Shown here: piece after piece, positions 19,001 to 27,865 of the stretch
Numbering within the stretch: position 1 is the first letter of the stretch
Layout: each line of letters opens with the position of its first letter
Assembly: GCA_963749155.1 (NCBI GenBank)
Contig: CAVVLO010000002.1
Location: 384,001-448,000, forward strand
Length of the DNA stretch: 64,000 nt
Origin: an uncultured Armatimonadia bacterium
GTDB taxonomy: Bacteria; Armatimonadota; Zipacnadia; CAVVLO01
Direction of reading: 5' to 3'
Notes under the pieces: generated by a model
The model's input: the letters and a program-made list of their open reading frames with translations, nothing else
Databases searched by the model: none
Told to the model about the DNA's origin: nothing
Position numbers and translations under genes: made by a program

Positions 19001-20950
19001 CTGCACTGTTGTGCCACTGGCAAGCCCCTGCAGTGCCTTGTTTTCGCCCCGGGAACCAAGCCACACATCAGAGAAATCAGTGACTCCGAGAGCCCCAAGG
19101 GTTGTCGTAACAGCTAGATCAGCTCGCTCGGAAAAAATGGTTGAAATATTCCAGGTTTCTTCTTCGGCGCCAAAGAGCCGCCTGGCAATCCCGTCTGAAT
19201 AATCTGAATCGGAAATCGCCAGTTCTGCGCCACCCTGGCTGGTCTCGAGCCTGAGCCGCCCCCCCACAATCCGCGCGTTTGCGAAGGTCGTCTGGTCTCG
19301 GAAGGCTTCTATCAGGTCGCCAACCGTGGGGACGGGACAGGATGATAAATCAAGCGTAATGCTCTGGCTGCCTGTCGCCACAGTAAAGCCTGTTGTGCTT
19401 GTAATACCAAGCGAAGTTAGCGTGGTAGCTGTGGTCAGGCCTTCTCTGAGACTGACAAGGTTTCCCCGGCTTCCTGCTTCGGCGGGTGTAACGTAGAGAC
19501 TACTCGAGTCGCGCCAGGTGCTAACTGCCTCTGACAAACCAAATATCTGGCTTGCCAGGGTACCTGAAAAGCCCGAATCAGTGATTGAGAAATCGACTCC
19601 GCCGTCGGCACTGTATAGGGCAACTCGCCCATCGATAAGCTGCGCCGAGAAACTTCCTGTTGCCTCGATGGCTTCGAGCAGGTCTCCAACTGTGTCGGAA
19701 GTAGCCAGCTCCAAAGTCCAGGCTTTGCCTTCTTTGAGTGCAAGGGTGAAACCGGAGGAGTCAGTCACCCCCAGAGAAGCCAGCGAGCGACCGGATTGAA
19801 GGCCAGAGATCTGTCCAAGTATTGCGGCTCCGCTACGCGCTCCGACCACCTCACAGTCGTCACGCGTTGGGCCAGCAGTGGACAAGGGCCCTTGAAGGCC
19901 CAGAGCGCATGCGGCAACTCCCTGGCTATATTCCGTATCGAGGAGTTCAAAATCAATCCCCGGCAACTCGGCGCTCAGTTGCAGTTGGCCCCCAACAAGC
20001 CGCGCACGCAAACCATCAAGGGCTTCCAGCTCGGATACGAGGTCGGCTACAGTCTCGCCAGTACCAACTGTAAGCGCTGTTCTCGTGCCTCCAATCTGGA
20101 CTGCGAAACCTGCTGTCGAACTAATGCCCAGCGAGGCTAAAGTCTGTGCCTCCTCGAGGATTAACCTGCCTCTAACGGCAGCCGTACTCGTTGTGGCTTC
20201 TGTCAGCCCAAAAAGGGCTGATGCGACAGAACCTGCATACTGCCCTGCGCTTGCCACGATGTCACGATTGCCCTGTGCTGATTCGAGCAGCAGGCTTCCC
20301 CCGCGCAACTCACATCCAACCCCGATGGAGCTGGCCTGTTTGTTCACTGCAAGCACGAAGTCAGAGAGCTTCATTGAGGTAGAGAGTCCGGTCAGAGTGA
20401 CCTGTCCTGCTGTGGTCTGGACACTGAAACCTGTAGCATCGGTAACTCCGAGTTCAGCCAGTGTTGCTTCTGCCCGCAGTCCTGTCACCCGCCCGAGGAT
20501 TGTGCCTCCCCGGCCACTTGTAGCGCTCAGGTCATACGCGCCTTCCTTCTCAGAGACACCTTCCACCGAAGCAAGCCCCAGAGTATTGGGCTGATCAGTC
20601 CGAAGGAAAGCCGCGGCTGCGTTGCTCTCAACCCTGGCTGCTCGCGCAAGGCTACTGACGTTGATTTGCCAGGAGCCCCGAGTTGCTGTACTGGACGCCG
20701 TGCATCCAACCAGAGCAGGCGCCGAACTCTCTGCCTGGCGTGCCAGCATTACGGAGCTCATGCGCAATTTGGCAGCCGCATCATCAAGCGCATAAAGCCG
20801 CCCACTTAGCCCAGAATAGGTATCTCGGCGGAAGCTCAAGGCAGTCTTCTGGTCTTGGAGGCTCTGCAAACGTTGCTTGCTGGAACCCAGCAAAGCATCA
20901 ATCAAGCTTTGAGTATCAAGTCCCGATATAAGTCCCGAGATTCCATTCAT
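16010..20950 (-). CDS. fliD: Giant filament cap protein FliD (1646 aa)
   Basis: N-terminal ISGLISGLDT, NTVTEAIPGLTLEF, C-terminal FNAMESALSRLQTQSNYL. Located between flaG and fliS. Confidence 0.92.
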   Translation of the reverse strand: MNGISGLISGLDTQSLIDALLGSSKQRLQSLQDQKTALSFRRDTYSGLSGRLYALDDAAAKLRMSSVMLARQAESSAPALVGCTASSTATRGSWQINVSSLARAARVESNAAAAFLRTDQPNTLGLASVEGVSEKEGAYDLSATSGRGGTILGRVTGLRAEATLAELGVTDATGFSVQTTAGQVTLTGLSTSMKLSDFVLAVNKQASSIGVGCELRGGSLLLESAQGNRDIVASAGQYAGSVASALFGLTEATTSTAAVRGRLILEEAQTLASLGISSTAGFAVQIGGTRTALTVGTGETVADLVSELEALDGLRARLVGGQLQLSAELPGIDFELLDTEYSQGVAACALGLQGPLSTAGPTRDDCEVVGARSGAAILGQISGLQSGRSLASLGVTDSSGFTLALKEGKAWTLELATSDTVGDLLEAIEATGSFSAQLIDGRVALYSADGGVDFSITDSGFSGTLASQIFGLSEAVSTWRDSSSLYVTPAEAGSRGNLVSLREGLTTATTLTSLGITSTTGFTVATGSQSITLDLSSCPVPTVGDLIEAFRDQTTFANARIVGGRLRLETSQGGAELAISDSDYSDGIARRLFGAEEETWNISTIFSERADLAVTTTLGALGVTDFSDVWLGSRGENKALQGLASGTTVQQLIDALDALDMGLEAKLLDVDGDGTGQFVIRSTRVHEQFVLGEGETGGLGEALFGTKAQLNTGLAGAEWSSVAGASTGACVLGAPDLTEATTLGSLGITSFAGFHVVVKGADYNLEGLGSASTVADLITQLNALPGVSAGLVQGHLKIGSSDPRAALSLTDTNYDTGLAAKLLGLTSATSTANSAEGNTLLASASTGAVTLAALFTTGADKGALAGVDALAEGESSRHLLAGVTLTGRGADGLFTVGKASLITTAELNGSVPSGARIYGAVAGSTEGYSATTAAAGNSSTQTDWEGAVSAGAEAGVYELIYDDAGNWAVFNAEGERQGEWVASGERFVSWLDSSLAGSSFVHLATAPAEGDSWGFQVKLDAHLALPYLGLASPASEASNGFFTINNKRIYIEDYQQESLASVIAKINSAGAEVAAAYNPATNSIELVGEPGTEITLGSTKDTSNMLAVFGLTQSAGATSIPAITSTGLDLSKSLSLSGMTLAITAGTFTLGGVTLYVDPETDTLDDLVQRINSSSAGVHCGYDSNSDSFWLEATGESIADGARLGVGSRYDTSNVLQALRLVGEMPQSPTSVGAAASWAVYEMNGVEYRAATNTVTEAIPGLTLEFKGTTTSQVTLTVSDNTEQALDALASFLAAYNSTIDLACPAQLTDEDEEYLAALSDTDRESMTESEIDEYNARHEEIMQREEMRKSSVARRLASDLRSVLSGTVAGLEEFPRLKDLGIDFVTWGQDGFAGRGYLVQETTDEDALRTALQANSTLMAALSDNPEAVLSLLSQSGYTGNGHQVIGTRQLEGAGLQLPSGGGALSFRLGDSAQWSNPVTLAAGATYTEDQILQLLDNAGLYVGDEDQATNRIGLAASFVDGRLVLTALNSTGSVYLEDLSQGSNNLERAFGVKVEFATAGLARQIDDVLTEYNSSTGLLRRKLLSGGEFARESDLIESRLESTNDLLEAQTRTLWLKFNAMESALSRLQTQSNYLSQQLASLSG
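18460..20470 (-). repeat. Six tandem degenerate ~100-120-aa repeats inside FliD
   Basis: Recurring TL.xLG(V/I)T...GF.V ... TV.DL...L ... (L/I)VGG.L.L ... A..LFG pattern, starting TLAELGVTD, TLASLGISS, SLASLGVTD, TLTSLGITS, TLGALGVTD, TLGSLGITS. Confidence 0.85.
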
Positions 20951-20965
20951 TTAGACTTCACACCG

Positions 20966-21352
20966 CTAGACTTGCAAGTCGAATAATAGTCCTGTTAGCT
21001 CTTTGAACTTCCGCAGCCTGTTGATCACATCATCAGCAGGTATCTCGCGCACCAGCTTGCCGGTATTGCGATCAACGACTCTCACCTGAATTACGTCGAT
21101 ATCCTCATGAACTTGAAACTCGGCCTGGACGCTCAGGGTGTCCAGCACAGCGTTTATCTTGCGCACCGTATCCTCAATCGCTGCCTGTGAAACTCTGGCT
21201 CGCTCTTCCTTGCGCATGCTGTTTTCAGCTAGCTGGTCCACTTTGGCTGATTGGGCTCTCTCGACTGCCGCTGGAGGTTGTGGCACTCTATCCTGCGCCT
21301 GAGGTGTCGAGTGGGTCTGAGCCTGTATCCCCTGTACTGCGCCATCCTTCAT
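20966..21352 (-). CDS. flaG: FlaG-family protein
   Basis: F.VHED...VRVVD..TG..VREIP, GLLFD.QV. Located between fliC and fliD. Confidence 0.92.
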   Translation of the reverse strand: MKDGAVQGIQAQTHSTPQAQDRVPQPPAAVERAQSAKVDQLAENSMRKEERARVSQAAIEDTVRKINAVLDTLSVQAEFQVHEDIDVIQVRVVDRNTGKLVREIPADDVINRLRKFKELTGLLFDLQV

Positions 21353-21370
21353 TGTTATCCACCCCCGCTA

Positions 21371-21400
21371 AGGGGGGAGAGAAGTAGCTCTCTCCCCCCT
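21371..21400. other. Strong stem-loop after flagellin (no U-tract)
   Basis: AGGGGGGAGAGA-AGTAGC-TCTCTCCCCCCT, perfect 12-bp inverted repeat. Confidence 0.75.
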
Positions 21401-21413
21401 CTATATGGGCCAA

Positions 21414-23732
21414 TTACCTCAGCAGTTGGAGTACAGTCTGCGGCAGGGAGTTTGCCTGGGCCAGCATTGCGGTGCCAGCCTGCATCATTACCTGCTGCTT
21501 CGTGAATTCGATCATCTGCTGGGCAACGTCGACGTCGCGGACGCGGCTCTCGGAAGCGCTGAGGTTCTCGCTTGCGACTCCGAGGTTGGCGACCGTGTGG
21601 GTCAGCCTGTTCATGAAGGCGCCAATCTTGGCGCGCTCACCAGAAACACGCGCGAGGGCGTCGTCGATCTGTGAGATGGAGTCACGGGCCCAATCCGAAT
21701 CAACAACGACTACATCGTTGATTCCGAGCGCCTTGGCATCCATCTGGGCGATGCTGCTGGTCATTGTCTGGCCTTCGTTAGCGCCAACCTGCAGCACGGT
21801 GGCATTGTCCTTCACGTGCAGATAGTAGTTCTCGGTTCCAGCAGCCGACGCGAAATCAAAGGCCTTCGTCGTCGAGTTCCAGGAGACACTTGTGTCAGCC
21901 AAAGCCGAAACCTGGACTTCCAGCCCATCAATTACACTACGGAAGCTGTTGTCCGAGGAAGTTTCGCTAGCTACAGCCGCACCAGTGTGAGCATTGGTTA
22001 CAGTCGCCGTCATGGTGTTCTCACTGGCAGCCTGAACCTCGTTCACGCCCAGAGCGGACAGCAATCCTTCATCACCACTAAACGCTATACGGCCACTCTG
22101 ACCTGTCAACGTAGAACGGATGACGATCGTACCCTGCACGGCTTCATCACTGTTGCCAGTAGCCGTGGAGACATAGGAAGTCACCTGGCCATCGACCGCG
22201 GTGCTACCAGAAGCCATACCAAGCCCACCATCAGCTACGCTGCTGGTGACGGCCTGTTCGATCTTGTCGGCAAGGCCCTGTACCGTGTCATTACGGCCGA
22301 TATAGACAGTCGCCTGGTTGCCATTAGCCCACAGAGTGAGCTCCTGGGGTTCGGAGAGCGTGAAGTTTCCGCTCGCGTCATAGAACAAGGCGATATCTTC
22401 GAGGGTGGTGTCGCCGGTAGCGATACCGCCGGTGACTGCTACATCAAACTCGTCGGTACCTGCCTGCAGTACTGTGTCACTGGCCCCAAAAGTCACATCT
22501 ACCGAGCCGGTTACAAACTCGCCGGCAGTATCGATAGAGGTAACGCTCAAGGTCTGTGTGCTGCCTGCCAGATCAGCCAGGCTTGCCTGTATATAGGCGC
22601 CACTCACTACTTCGTCATCGCCGCTAAGCTGCGCGCCTACTCGAGCGCCAACCGTACCGGCCTCGGTATCGACAGTCGTCAGGACAATTTTGTCGCCTGC
22701 TGTCCAGACGTCACCCGCAGCGCCACCCGTGTCGAACAAGGCCAGCGTAGCGCCATTGCCATGGGTAAGAGCTACTGCATCGCCCTCATCCTGATCTGCA
22801 ACAGCAATCGTCTGGTCATACCAGGTATTGCCGCCATCGTTGGACACGCGGAAGCTGATATCATCGGCGCCGACAGTGCCACCCGCGGTTACCTCGATCA
22901 TGACAGTGCCTGTCTGAGTAATGCTTGTTGCATCGAAGCCATAGTTCGATGGAGCTGTGGCGTTCTGGAAGTAGGTGTCTGCAGCGGTTGCCGCATCGGC
23001 GTTCAGAGTCGCGGAGATCGCGAGCTGTGCCTCATCTGTGCCGTTAGTGGACTCGTCCGTAGCGGCAAAGTTTTGGATATTTGAGATGCTGCTCGTGCCC
23101 ATCTCAGTGCCAGAACTCACCAGGTTGCTTCCGTAGTAAGCTGATGCTGTCGAAACCTCGGCGCCACTACGCAAGGAGAAGATATTAGTCTTCTGGACCT
23201 GGTTCTCGCCGGGCGAGTTGCTGATGTTGATCTGGTAGTTGCCTTCAGCAGCTGGGCCACGCACGATGGCTTCGATGTCGCTGCTGCTTGCGCTCCAGGT
23301 TGCCGATGCGCTCCCATCCAGCAGTTTGCGCGTGTTGAACTCGGTCGTGGAGGCGATACGGTCAATCTCCGAAGAAAGCTGGTTGACTTCCTTCTGCAGC
23401 TCGGTCCGATCGCTGGCGGTCAGTGTATCGTTGCTGGCCTGTACGGACAGCTCACGCATACGCTGCAGCATAAGCTGCGTCTCGTTGAGGGCTCCCTCAG
23501 CCGTCTGCAGCATCGAGGAACCATCCTGGGCGTTCATGGAAGCGCGCATCAGACCATTAATCTGGCTGCGGAGTTTTTCCGAGATCGCCAAGCCCGCAGG
23601 ATCATCTCCAGCGGCATTGATTCTTAGTCCAGATGACAGCTTGGCCAGTGAACTCTGGAGACTGCTGTCGATGTTACCGAGTTGCCTTTGCGCCTGAAGC
23701 GCTGCGATGTTCTGATTGATTCGAATAGCCAT
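21414..23732 (-). CDS. fliC: Flagellin (772 aa)
   Basis: [60 protein letters not shown]. Confidence 0.98.
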   Translation of the reverse strand: MAIRINQNIAALQAQRQLGNIDSSLQSSLAKLSSGLRINAAGDDPAGLAISEKLRSQINGLMRASMNAQDGSSMLQTAEGALNETQLMLQRMRELSVQASNDTLTASDRTELQKEVNQLSSEIDRIASTTEFNTRKLLDGSASATWSASSSDIEAIVRGPAAEGNYQINISNSPGENQVQKTNIFSLRSGAEVSTASAYYGSNLVSSGTEMGTSSISNIQNFAATDESTNGTDEAQLAISATLNADAATAADTYFQNATAPSNYGFDATSITQTGTVMIEVTAGGTVGADDISFRVSNDGGNTWYDQTIAVADQDEGDAVALTHGNGATLALFDTGGAAGDVWTAGDKIVLTTVDTEAGTVGARVGAQLSGDDEVVSGAYIQASLADLAGSTQTLSVTSIDTAGEFVTGSVDVTFGASDTVLQAGTDEFDVAVTGGIATGDTTLEDIALFYDASGNFTLSEPQELTLWANGNQATVYIGRNDTVQGLADKIEQAVTSSVADGGLGMASGSTAVDGQVTSYVSTATGNSDEAVQGTIVIRSTLTGQSGRIAFSGDEGLLSALGVNEVQAASENTMTATVTNAHTGAAVASETSSDNSFRSVIDGLEVQVSALADTSVSWNSTTKAFDFASAAGTENYYLHVKDNATVLQVGANEGQTMTSSIAQMDAKALGINDVVVVDSDWARDSISQIDDALARVSGERAKIGAFMNRLTHTVANLGVASENLSASESRVRDVDVAQQMIEFTKQQVMMQAGTAMLAQANSLPQTVLQLLR

Positions 23733-23760
23733 TTGGGCTATCCTCCGTTAGTTGGAACTC

Positions 23761-23783
23761 GCGCCAGCCTCCTTGCCTGACGC
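23761..23783 (-). promoter_or_regulatory. Putative CsrA-binding hairpin in fliC leader
   Basis: GCGTCAG-GCAAGGAGG-CTGGCGC, a CANGGANG motif in a loop. A second ACGGAGGA overlaps the SD. csrA and fliW are adjacent. Confidence 0.7.
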
Positions 23784-23839
23784 ACAGGGGCGATACCTTG
23801 CTGCTTCCACCTCCTTTTCCCTTATTTGGCCCCAATAAT

Positions 23840-24142
23840 CTAGATATCGGCAGCTTCTTCCGAAGGCTTTAGGGGATTGAGCGAAATTTTTTCAACTTTT
23901 TTTATTCGTGGCTTCCCCTTTAGCCTTAAGGGAACAGCTTCTACCGCCTTTGGCTTGGTCGTGCCAAGTGATGCCTGGTTTTCTTCTCGTAGCTGCTCAT
24001 ATACTTCCAGCCTGTGTACCGCCACATCTTTGGGCGCAGCGATGCCCAGCCTGACCTTCTCGCCTGACAGAGCCACAACGGTGATGGCTACATCATCGCC
24101 AATCATTATGGTTTCGCCTTCACGCCTTGTGAGCACAAGCAA
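23840..24142 (-). CDS. csrA: Carbon storage regulator CsrA (TTG start, C-terminal extension)
   Basis: LVLTRREGETIMIGDDV..VRLGIAAPKDVAVHRLEVY. SD GGAGG upstream of TTG at 24142. Confidence 0.95.
   Translation of the reverse strand: MLVLTRREGETIMIGDDVAITVVALSGEKVRLGIAAPKDVAVHRLEVYEQLREENQASLGTTKPKAVEAVPLRLKGKPRIKKVEKISLNPLKPSEEAADI
23844..23871 (-). promoter_or_regulatory. Sigma28-type promoter for fliC-flaG-fliD
   Basis: TAAA-N16-GCCGATAT inside the 3' end of csrA. Confidence 0.88.
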
Positions 24143-24143
24143 G

Positions 24144-24653
24144 CTAGTGCACCTCCACGGCTGAAAGCTGGCTTCCAAGCAGTGCTGCCAGCGGTTCACG
24201 CAATCCATACGGACCTTTCTCCATAAGGATCTGCCGTCCAAGACGCCGATCGATATTGATGACAACCGGCGCTATCAAATTGGCAGTACGTTCCTCAGGA
24301 GGCCTTGCCAGGTTCAGTATGACTAAGACCGCAGCATCTCCTGAATCCACAAGCTCAAGCGCTGCAGAATCTGCCGTGCTTAGCACCACTTCATATTTGG
24401 GCGCCAGCGTCCAAGGTTCTATGCAGGGCAGGGCGATCTCCCCATATTCAACGGATTGAAGCCAGCATATTGGCCGGGTGTTGTGGGGCTCCAGGAGAAT
24501 AAACTGGTGACAGTCTTCCAGCCCAGGCAGCCCCCAGGGAAAGCTGAGCAAGTGCTTTGCCTCAATTTCGAGTGTGCCAAACCGAAGTGTAGTCACTGTC
24601 AGTGGGCACTCGGTGCTGTGGGATTGAGACTCCATTTGGCCCATCACCATCAC
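24144..24653 (-). CDS. fliW: Flagellar assembly factor FliW
   Basis: TLRFG, FPWGLPG, WLQSV, TANLIAPVVIN...GRQ. Confidence 0.94.
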   Translation of the reverse strand: MMVMGQMESQSHSTECPLTVTTLRFGTLEIEAKHLLSFPWGLPGLEDCHQFILLEPHNTRPICWLQSVEYGEIALPCIEPWTLAPKYEVVLSTADSAALELVDSGDAAVLVILNLARPPEERTANLIAPVVINIDRRLGRQILMEKGPYGLREPLAALLGSQLSAVEVH

Positions 24654-26473
24654 AGATAATCCAGCAGGCTATGGTTAAAGGCCTGGCTGGCAGCCGCAAG
24701 AGCTGCTTCATATGCGTTCTGCGCGAGCTTCAATTGCACTGAGGCTTCGATGATATCGAGATCTTCAGTTTCTGATAAAGCAGATTGCAGGTTCAGCAGA
24801 CCGCTCTCCAGGAAGCCAGCACGATCTGAAAACATCTGATACAGGCCTCCAGTTGATGCGAGACGTGAATCCAGCAAATCCAGGTGACCATCAAGTTGTC
24901 CAGCCAAAGATTCGGTGACAACAGAAGCGGTCTGGTTTACAGAAGCATCACCAATTGTGAGAAGAGCCTTATCAAGTGGCCCCCCCGCAACTGTCTGAGT
25001 CTCGTTAGCAGCCAGGATAAAATTGACAGGCGCATCCCGGCGTCCGCCTGGATGGATAAAGACATCCTCTACTGTTAGCTCTGTGGGTGCAACCGCGATA
25101 GTTACATCCCCTGCAGCCACAGGCCCCAGGAGCTGGAGGTCAAGTCCCAGAGCAGCGAAAGTGTTGTTAGCAAGACTAACCCCACCCAAGTTCAAGGTAT
25201 CAATTGCCGCCTGCTCGGCTGCAGAAAGGTCGCGTCCACCATATATCGCTTGCTCATAACTGACACTACCAGCGACAATTGCGCCTGTAGCATCTAGCGA
25301 GAACTGCAAAGAACCTGCGGATTGCATCTCCAGGTTGGTTGCCCCAGTGACCAGGCTGGTTGAACTGGTGACAGTTGCCGCGCCATAATTGATTGAGGTG
25401 ATACGCAGTTGGTGTTCGCCTGAATAAGCTTCATCAACCTGGCCAGAAGCAGCTTCAATAAAACTGTTGTTGGGAGAAGTAAGGCGGGCTGTGGGGGTGC
25501 TGAAAGGCGCAAGGCCAATCCCATCCCACTCCCACAGCAGATCTCTTGCTTCAAGCAATGTAGAAAAAAGGTTGTGCGCGCTTGTCTGGTCTGCCACAAC
25601 TGCCCCAGATGCATCAAGCAGTCCCAACTCTGCGAGCACATTACTTGTGCCATGTGCTAGCTCCAGGACCCCTGATGACGTAGTGCTTGCCAGAAGGAGT
25701 TTCCCAGCACTTATACTTGCAGCCACATCGCCAGTCGCCAGGTTGATATTCGCTGCCAGAGTCTCAAGCGAGTCGGTAGCTGGATCGAAGTTGATTTCCA
25801 GTCCATTAATGAATAAGGTCCCGGCTGTAGCAGTCGCTAACTCAGTACCCAACACTGCTGCCGGATCGGCAATTGCAGTTGTACCGGTGAACGAGCAAGT
25901 TTGCTCAAAACAGATTTCGGCGCCGTTGAGATTTACTCTGAGCGCGCCTGTGGCTGGATCGAGTAGACGACTTATCGCCGACGAGTTGCCTTGAAACTGC
26001 ACCTGGGTGATATTGCCCTCAGCATCTCTGGTAGCAGTAAAGGGCGGGCGACTTACCTCTGTGCCTCCAAGCAGATAAAGCTCTCCCAGCCTGCTGTTGG
26101 CAGATACCAGCAGGCTCTCGAGTGACTGATTTACCTGGTCGCCCAGAGCATGTCTGCTGCTGGCGCTTGTGGTACTCCCGGCCGCCTCCAGCACTAGAAG
26201 TTTCGCCTCGCCAATAACATCCTGAAGCTCCTGAACAGAGGCCTCACTTGCCTCCAGCCAGGACAGGCCATCGTAAACATTCTCCTGGCATTGTTGTTGC
26301 AGACTTATGGCGTGGCTCAGGCTTAGTGCCGAACTGAAACCGGCGGGATCTTCCGAAGGCCGGGTGAACCGCTGTCCAGAGGCGATCCTGTTCTCCCATA
26401 AACTGACTCTGTCAAGATTGCGATTTATATTGAGCAGCAGACTGGCCGCTCTTAAGCCGTCAGGAACTCTCAT
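24650..26473 (-). CDS. flgL: Hook-filament junction protein FlgL (607 aa)
   Basis: IASGQRFTRPSEDP, YLLGGT...PPF, LSETEDLD, AYEAAL..SLLDYL. Confidence 0.93.
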   Translation of the reverse strand: MRVPDGLRAASLLLNINRNLDRVSLWENRIASGQRFTRPSEDPAGFSSALSLSHAISLQQQCQENVYDGLSWLEASEASVQELQDVIGEAKLLVLEAAGSTTSASSRHALGDQVNQSLESLLVSANSRLGELYLLGGTEVSRPPFTATRDAEGNITQVQFQGNSSAISRLLDPATGALRVNLNGAEICFEQTCSFTGTTAIADPAAVLGTELATATAGTLFINGLEINFDPATDSLETLAANINLATGDVAASISAGKLLLASTTSSGVLELAHGTSNVLAELGLLDASGAVVADQTSAHNLFSTLLEARDLLWEWDGIGLAPFSTPTARLTSPNNSFIEAASGQVDEAYSGEHQLRITSINYGAATVTSSTSLVTGATNLEMQSAGSLQFSLDATGAIVAGSVSYEQAIYGGRDLSAAEQAAIDTLNLGGVSLANNTFAALGLDLQLLGPVAAGDVTIAVAPTELTVEDVFIHPGGRRDAPVNFILAANETQTVAGGPLDKALLTIGDASVNQTASVVTESLAGQLDGHLDLLDSRLASTGGLYQMFSDRAGFLESGLLNLQSALSETEDLDIIEASVQLKLAQNAYEAALAAASQAFNHSLLDYL

Positions 26474-26484
26474 TTGCAGCCTCC

Positions 26485-27852
26485 TTAGCGACCAACCATT
26501 CCCATGTTATTGATGATGACGTCGAGTATCTGGTCGGCTGCGTTCATCACTCTGGCAGCAGCCTCCAGTGTATGCTGCGCTTGCAGCATTGCCATAACTT
26601 CCTCATCAGTAGAGACTCCGGCGGACGCAGCTCGTTTGGCTGTTGCCTCCTTAAGTGCTGAAGACCTACTCTCGAGACTGCTTTCGGCGTTCTGCTTCAG
26701 GGCGCCCAAGCTTGTCAGATAGCTATTAAGGTAAGCTGAGTATCGCTGCCCAAGTGGACCTGCTTCCTCAGCAAGCAACGATATGTCAAGTGCAATCTGC
26801 CCGTTGCCGGATGAGGCATCGGCGCCTGCTGCAACCTGACTTGCGGTGACTGCCACTTCATACTCATAAGCATTGGTGCCTGAAAAGAACTGCCGGCCGG
26901 TTATGCCATCAAGGCCGTAACCTGTTGAATGCAGAGCATTGGTTCGACTTACCACATCATCAAGCAACTGCGCCAGAGGCGCTCTGCCCTGAGTCTCCAG
27001 CACCTCGCGTTGCTCAAAGAGAACACTGAGTTCGCCACTGGTTGGCTCGAGGAGTGCGCCGTCACTAGCCCAGGCAAGGCCTGTGGGGGGAGAACCTGTT
27101 GTCTCGATTGCATAAGAGTCGAACTGTTGCACCAGCACATGGCCTTTCACTGCCACAAGGACACTGCCATTGTCTTGCTCTCGGTATGAGGCTCCTGTCA
27201 GTTGCACAAGCTGGCGCACAAGCTGATCGCGTTCGTCCATCAGGTCGTTGGGATTTTGGCCAGATCCCTTAACCAGCGCGACATTGCGATTTACCTCGGC
27301 AAGTTGCTCTGCCAGGCCATTTACTCGCGTAACTGTACCGACAATCCGCTCGTTGATGTCAGTCTCAAGCGAGGCCAAATCAGCAAGCGCCTGCTGGAAT
27401 CCTCCAATTGTCCCGCGCGCTGTCGCGAGCAGGGCTTCGCGCACCCCGGTGCTTTCGGGATGGTTGGCCACTTCTTGCCACGCGGTGAAGTAATCATCCA
27501 GTTGGGCAGACAACTCCGCATCAGTTGTAATGCGCTCAATGTGACCAAGTAACTCGTCGCGTACAGAGGCCTCTTCGTAGCGCATCTGGTTCTGGCTAAC
27601 CAAAAACTCCAGGTAGGCATTGGTTTGCCGCTCAATGCTGACAATCTGGGCTCCTGTGCCCATCTGGCCTGGCGATTCGCCTCCGAAAAGGGCAGGTACT
27701 GTGTAAGCAGGCGAAGCCGCAACGGTAACTTCCTGCCGTGAATAATCCTCCCGGCTTGCATTGGCCAGGTTGTGACTTATGGTGTCGAGTTGGGCCTTGG
27801 CGATCTCGACCGTCCGCCAGGCCGTCTCAAGCCCGAAAAAGGTAGAGCGCAT
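26485..27852 (-). CDS. flgK: Hook-filament junction protein FlgK
   Basis: MRSTFFGLE, HNLANA..YSRQ, PNDLMDERD, GVSTDEE. Start moved to ATG at 27852. Confidence 0.95.
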   Translation of the reverse strand: MRSTFFGLETAWRTVEIAKAQLDTISHNLANASREDYSRQEVTVAASPAYTVPALFGGESPGQMGTGAQIVSIERQTNAYLEFLVSQNQMRYEEASVRDELLGHIERITTDAELSAQLDDYFTAWQEVANHPESTGVREALLATARGTIGGFQQALADLASLETDINERIVGTVTRVNGLAEQLAEVNRNVALVKGSGQNPNDLMDERDQLVRQLVQLTGASYREQDNGSVLVAVKGHVLVQQFDSYAIETTGSPPTGLAWASDGALLEPTSGELSVLFEQREVLETQGRAPLAQLLDDVVSRTNALHSTGYGLDGITGRQFFSGTNAYEYEVAVTASQVAAGADASSGNGQIALDISLLAEEAGPLGQRYSAYLNSYLTSLGALKQNAESSLESRSSALKEATAKRAASAGVSTDEEVMAMLQAQHTLEAAARVMNAADQILDVIINNMGMVGR

Positions 27853-27865
27853 TTTGGGCCTCCGC

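Noticed and set aside
18460..20470. CRISPR-like or DNA-level tandem array
   Set aside because: Repeats are visible only at protein level within the fliD ORF; no identical nucleotide repeats with spacers were seen.
21816..23084. 422-aa plus-strand ORF
   Set aside because: Antisense shadow of flagellin; no recognisable motifs.
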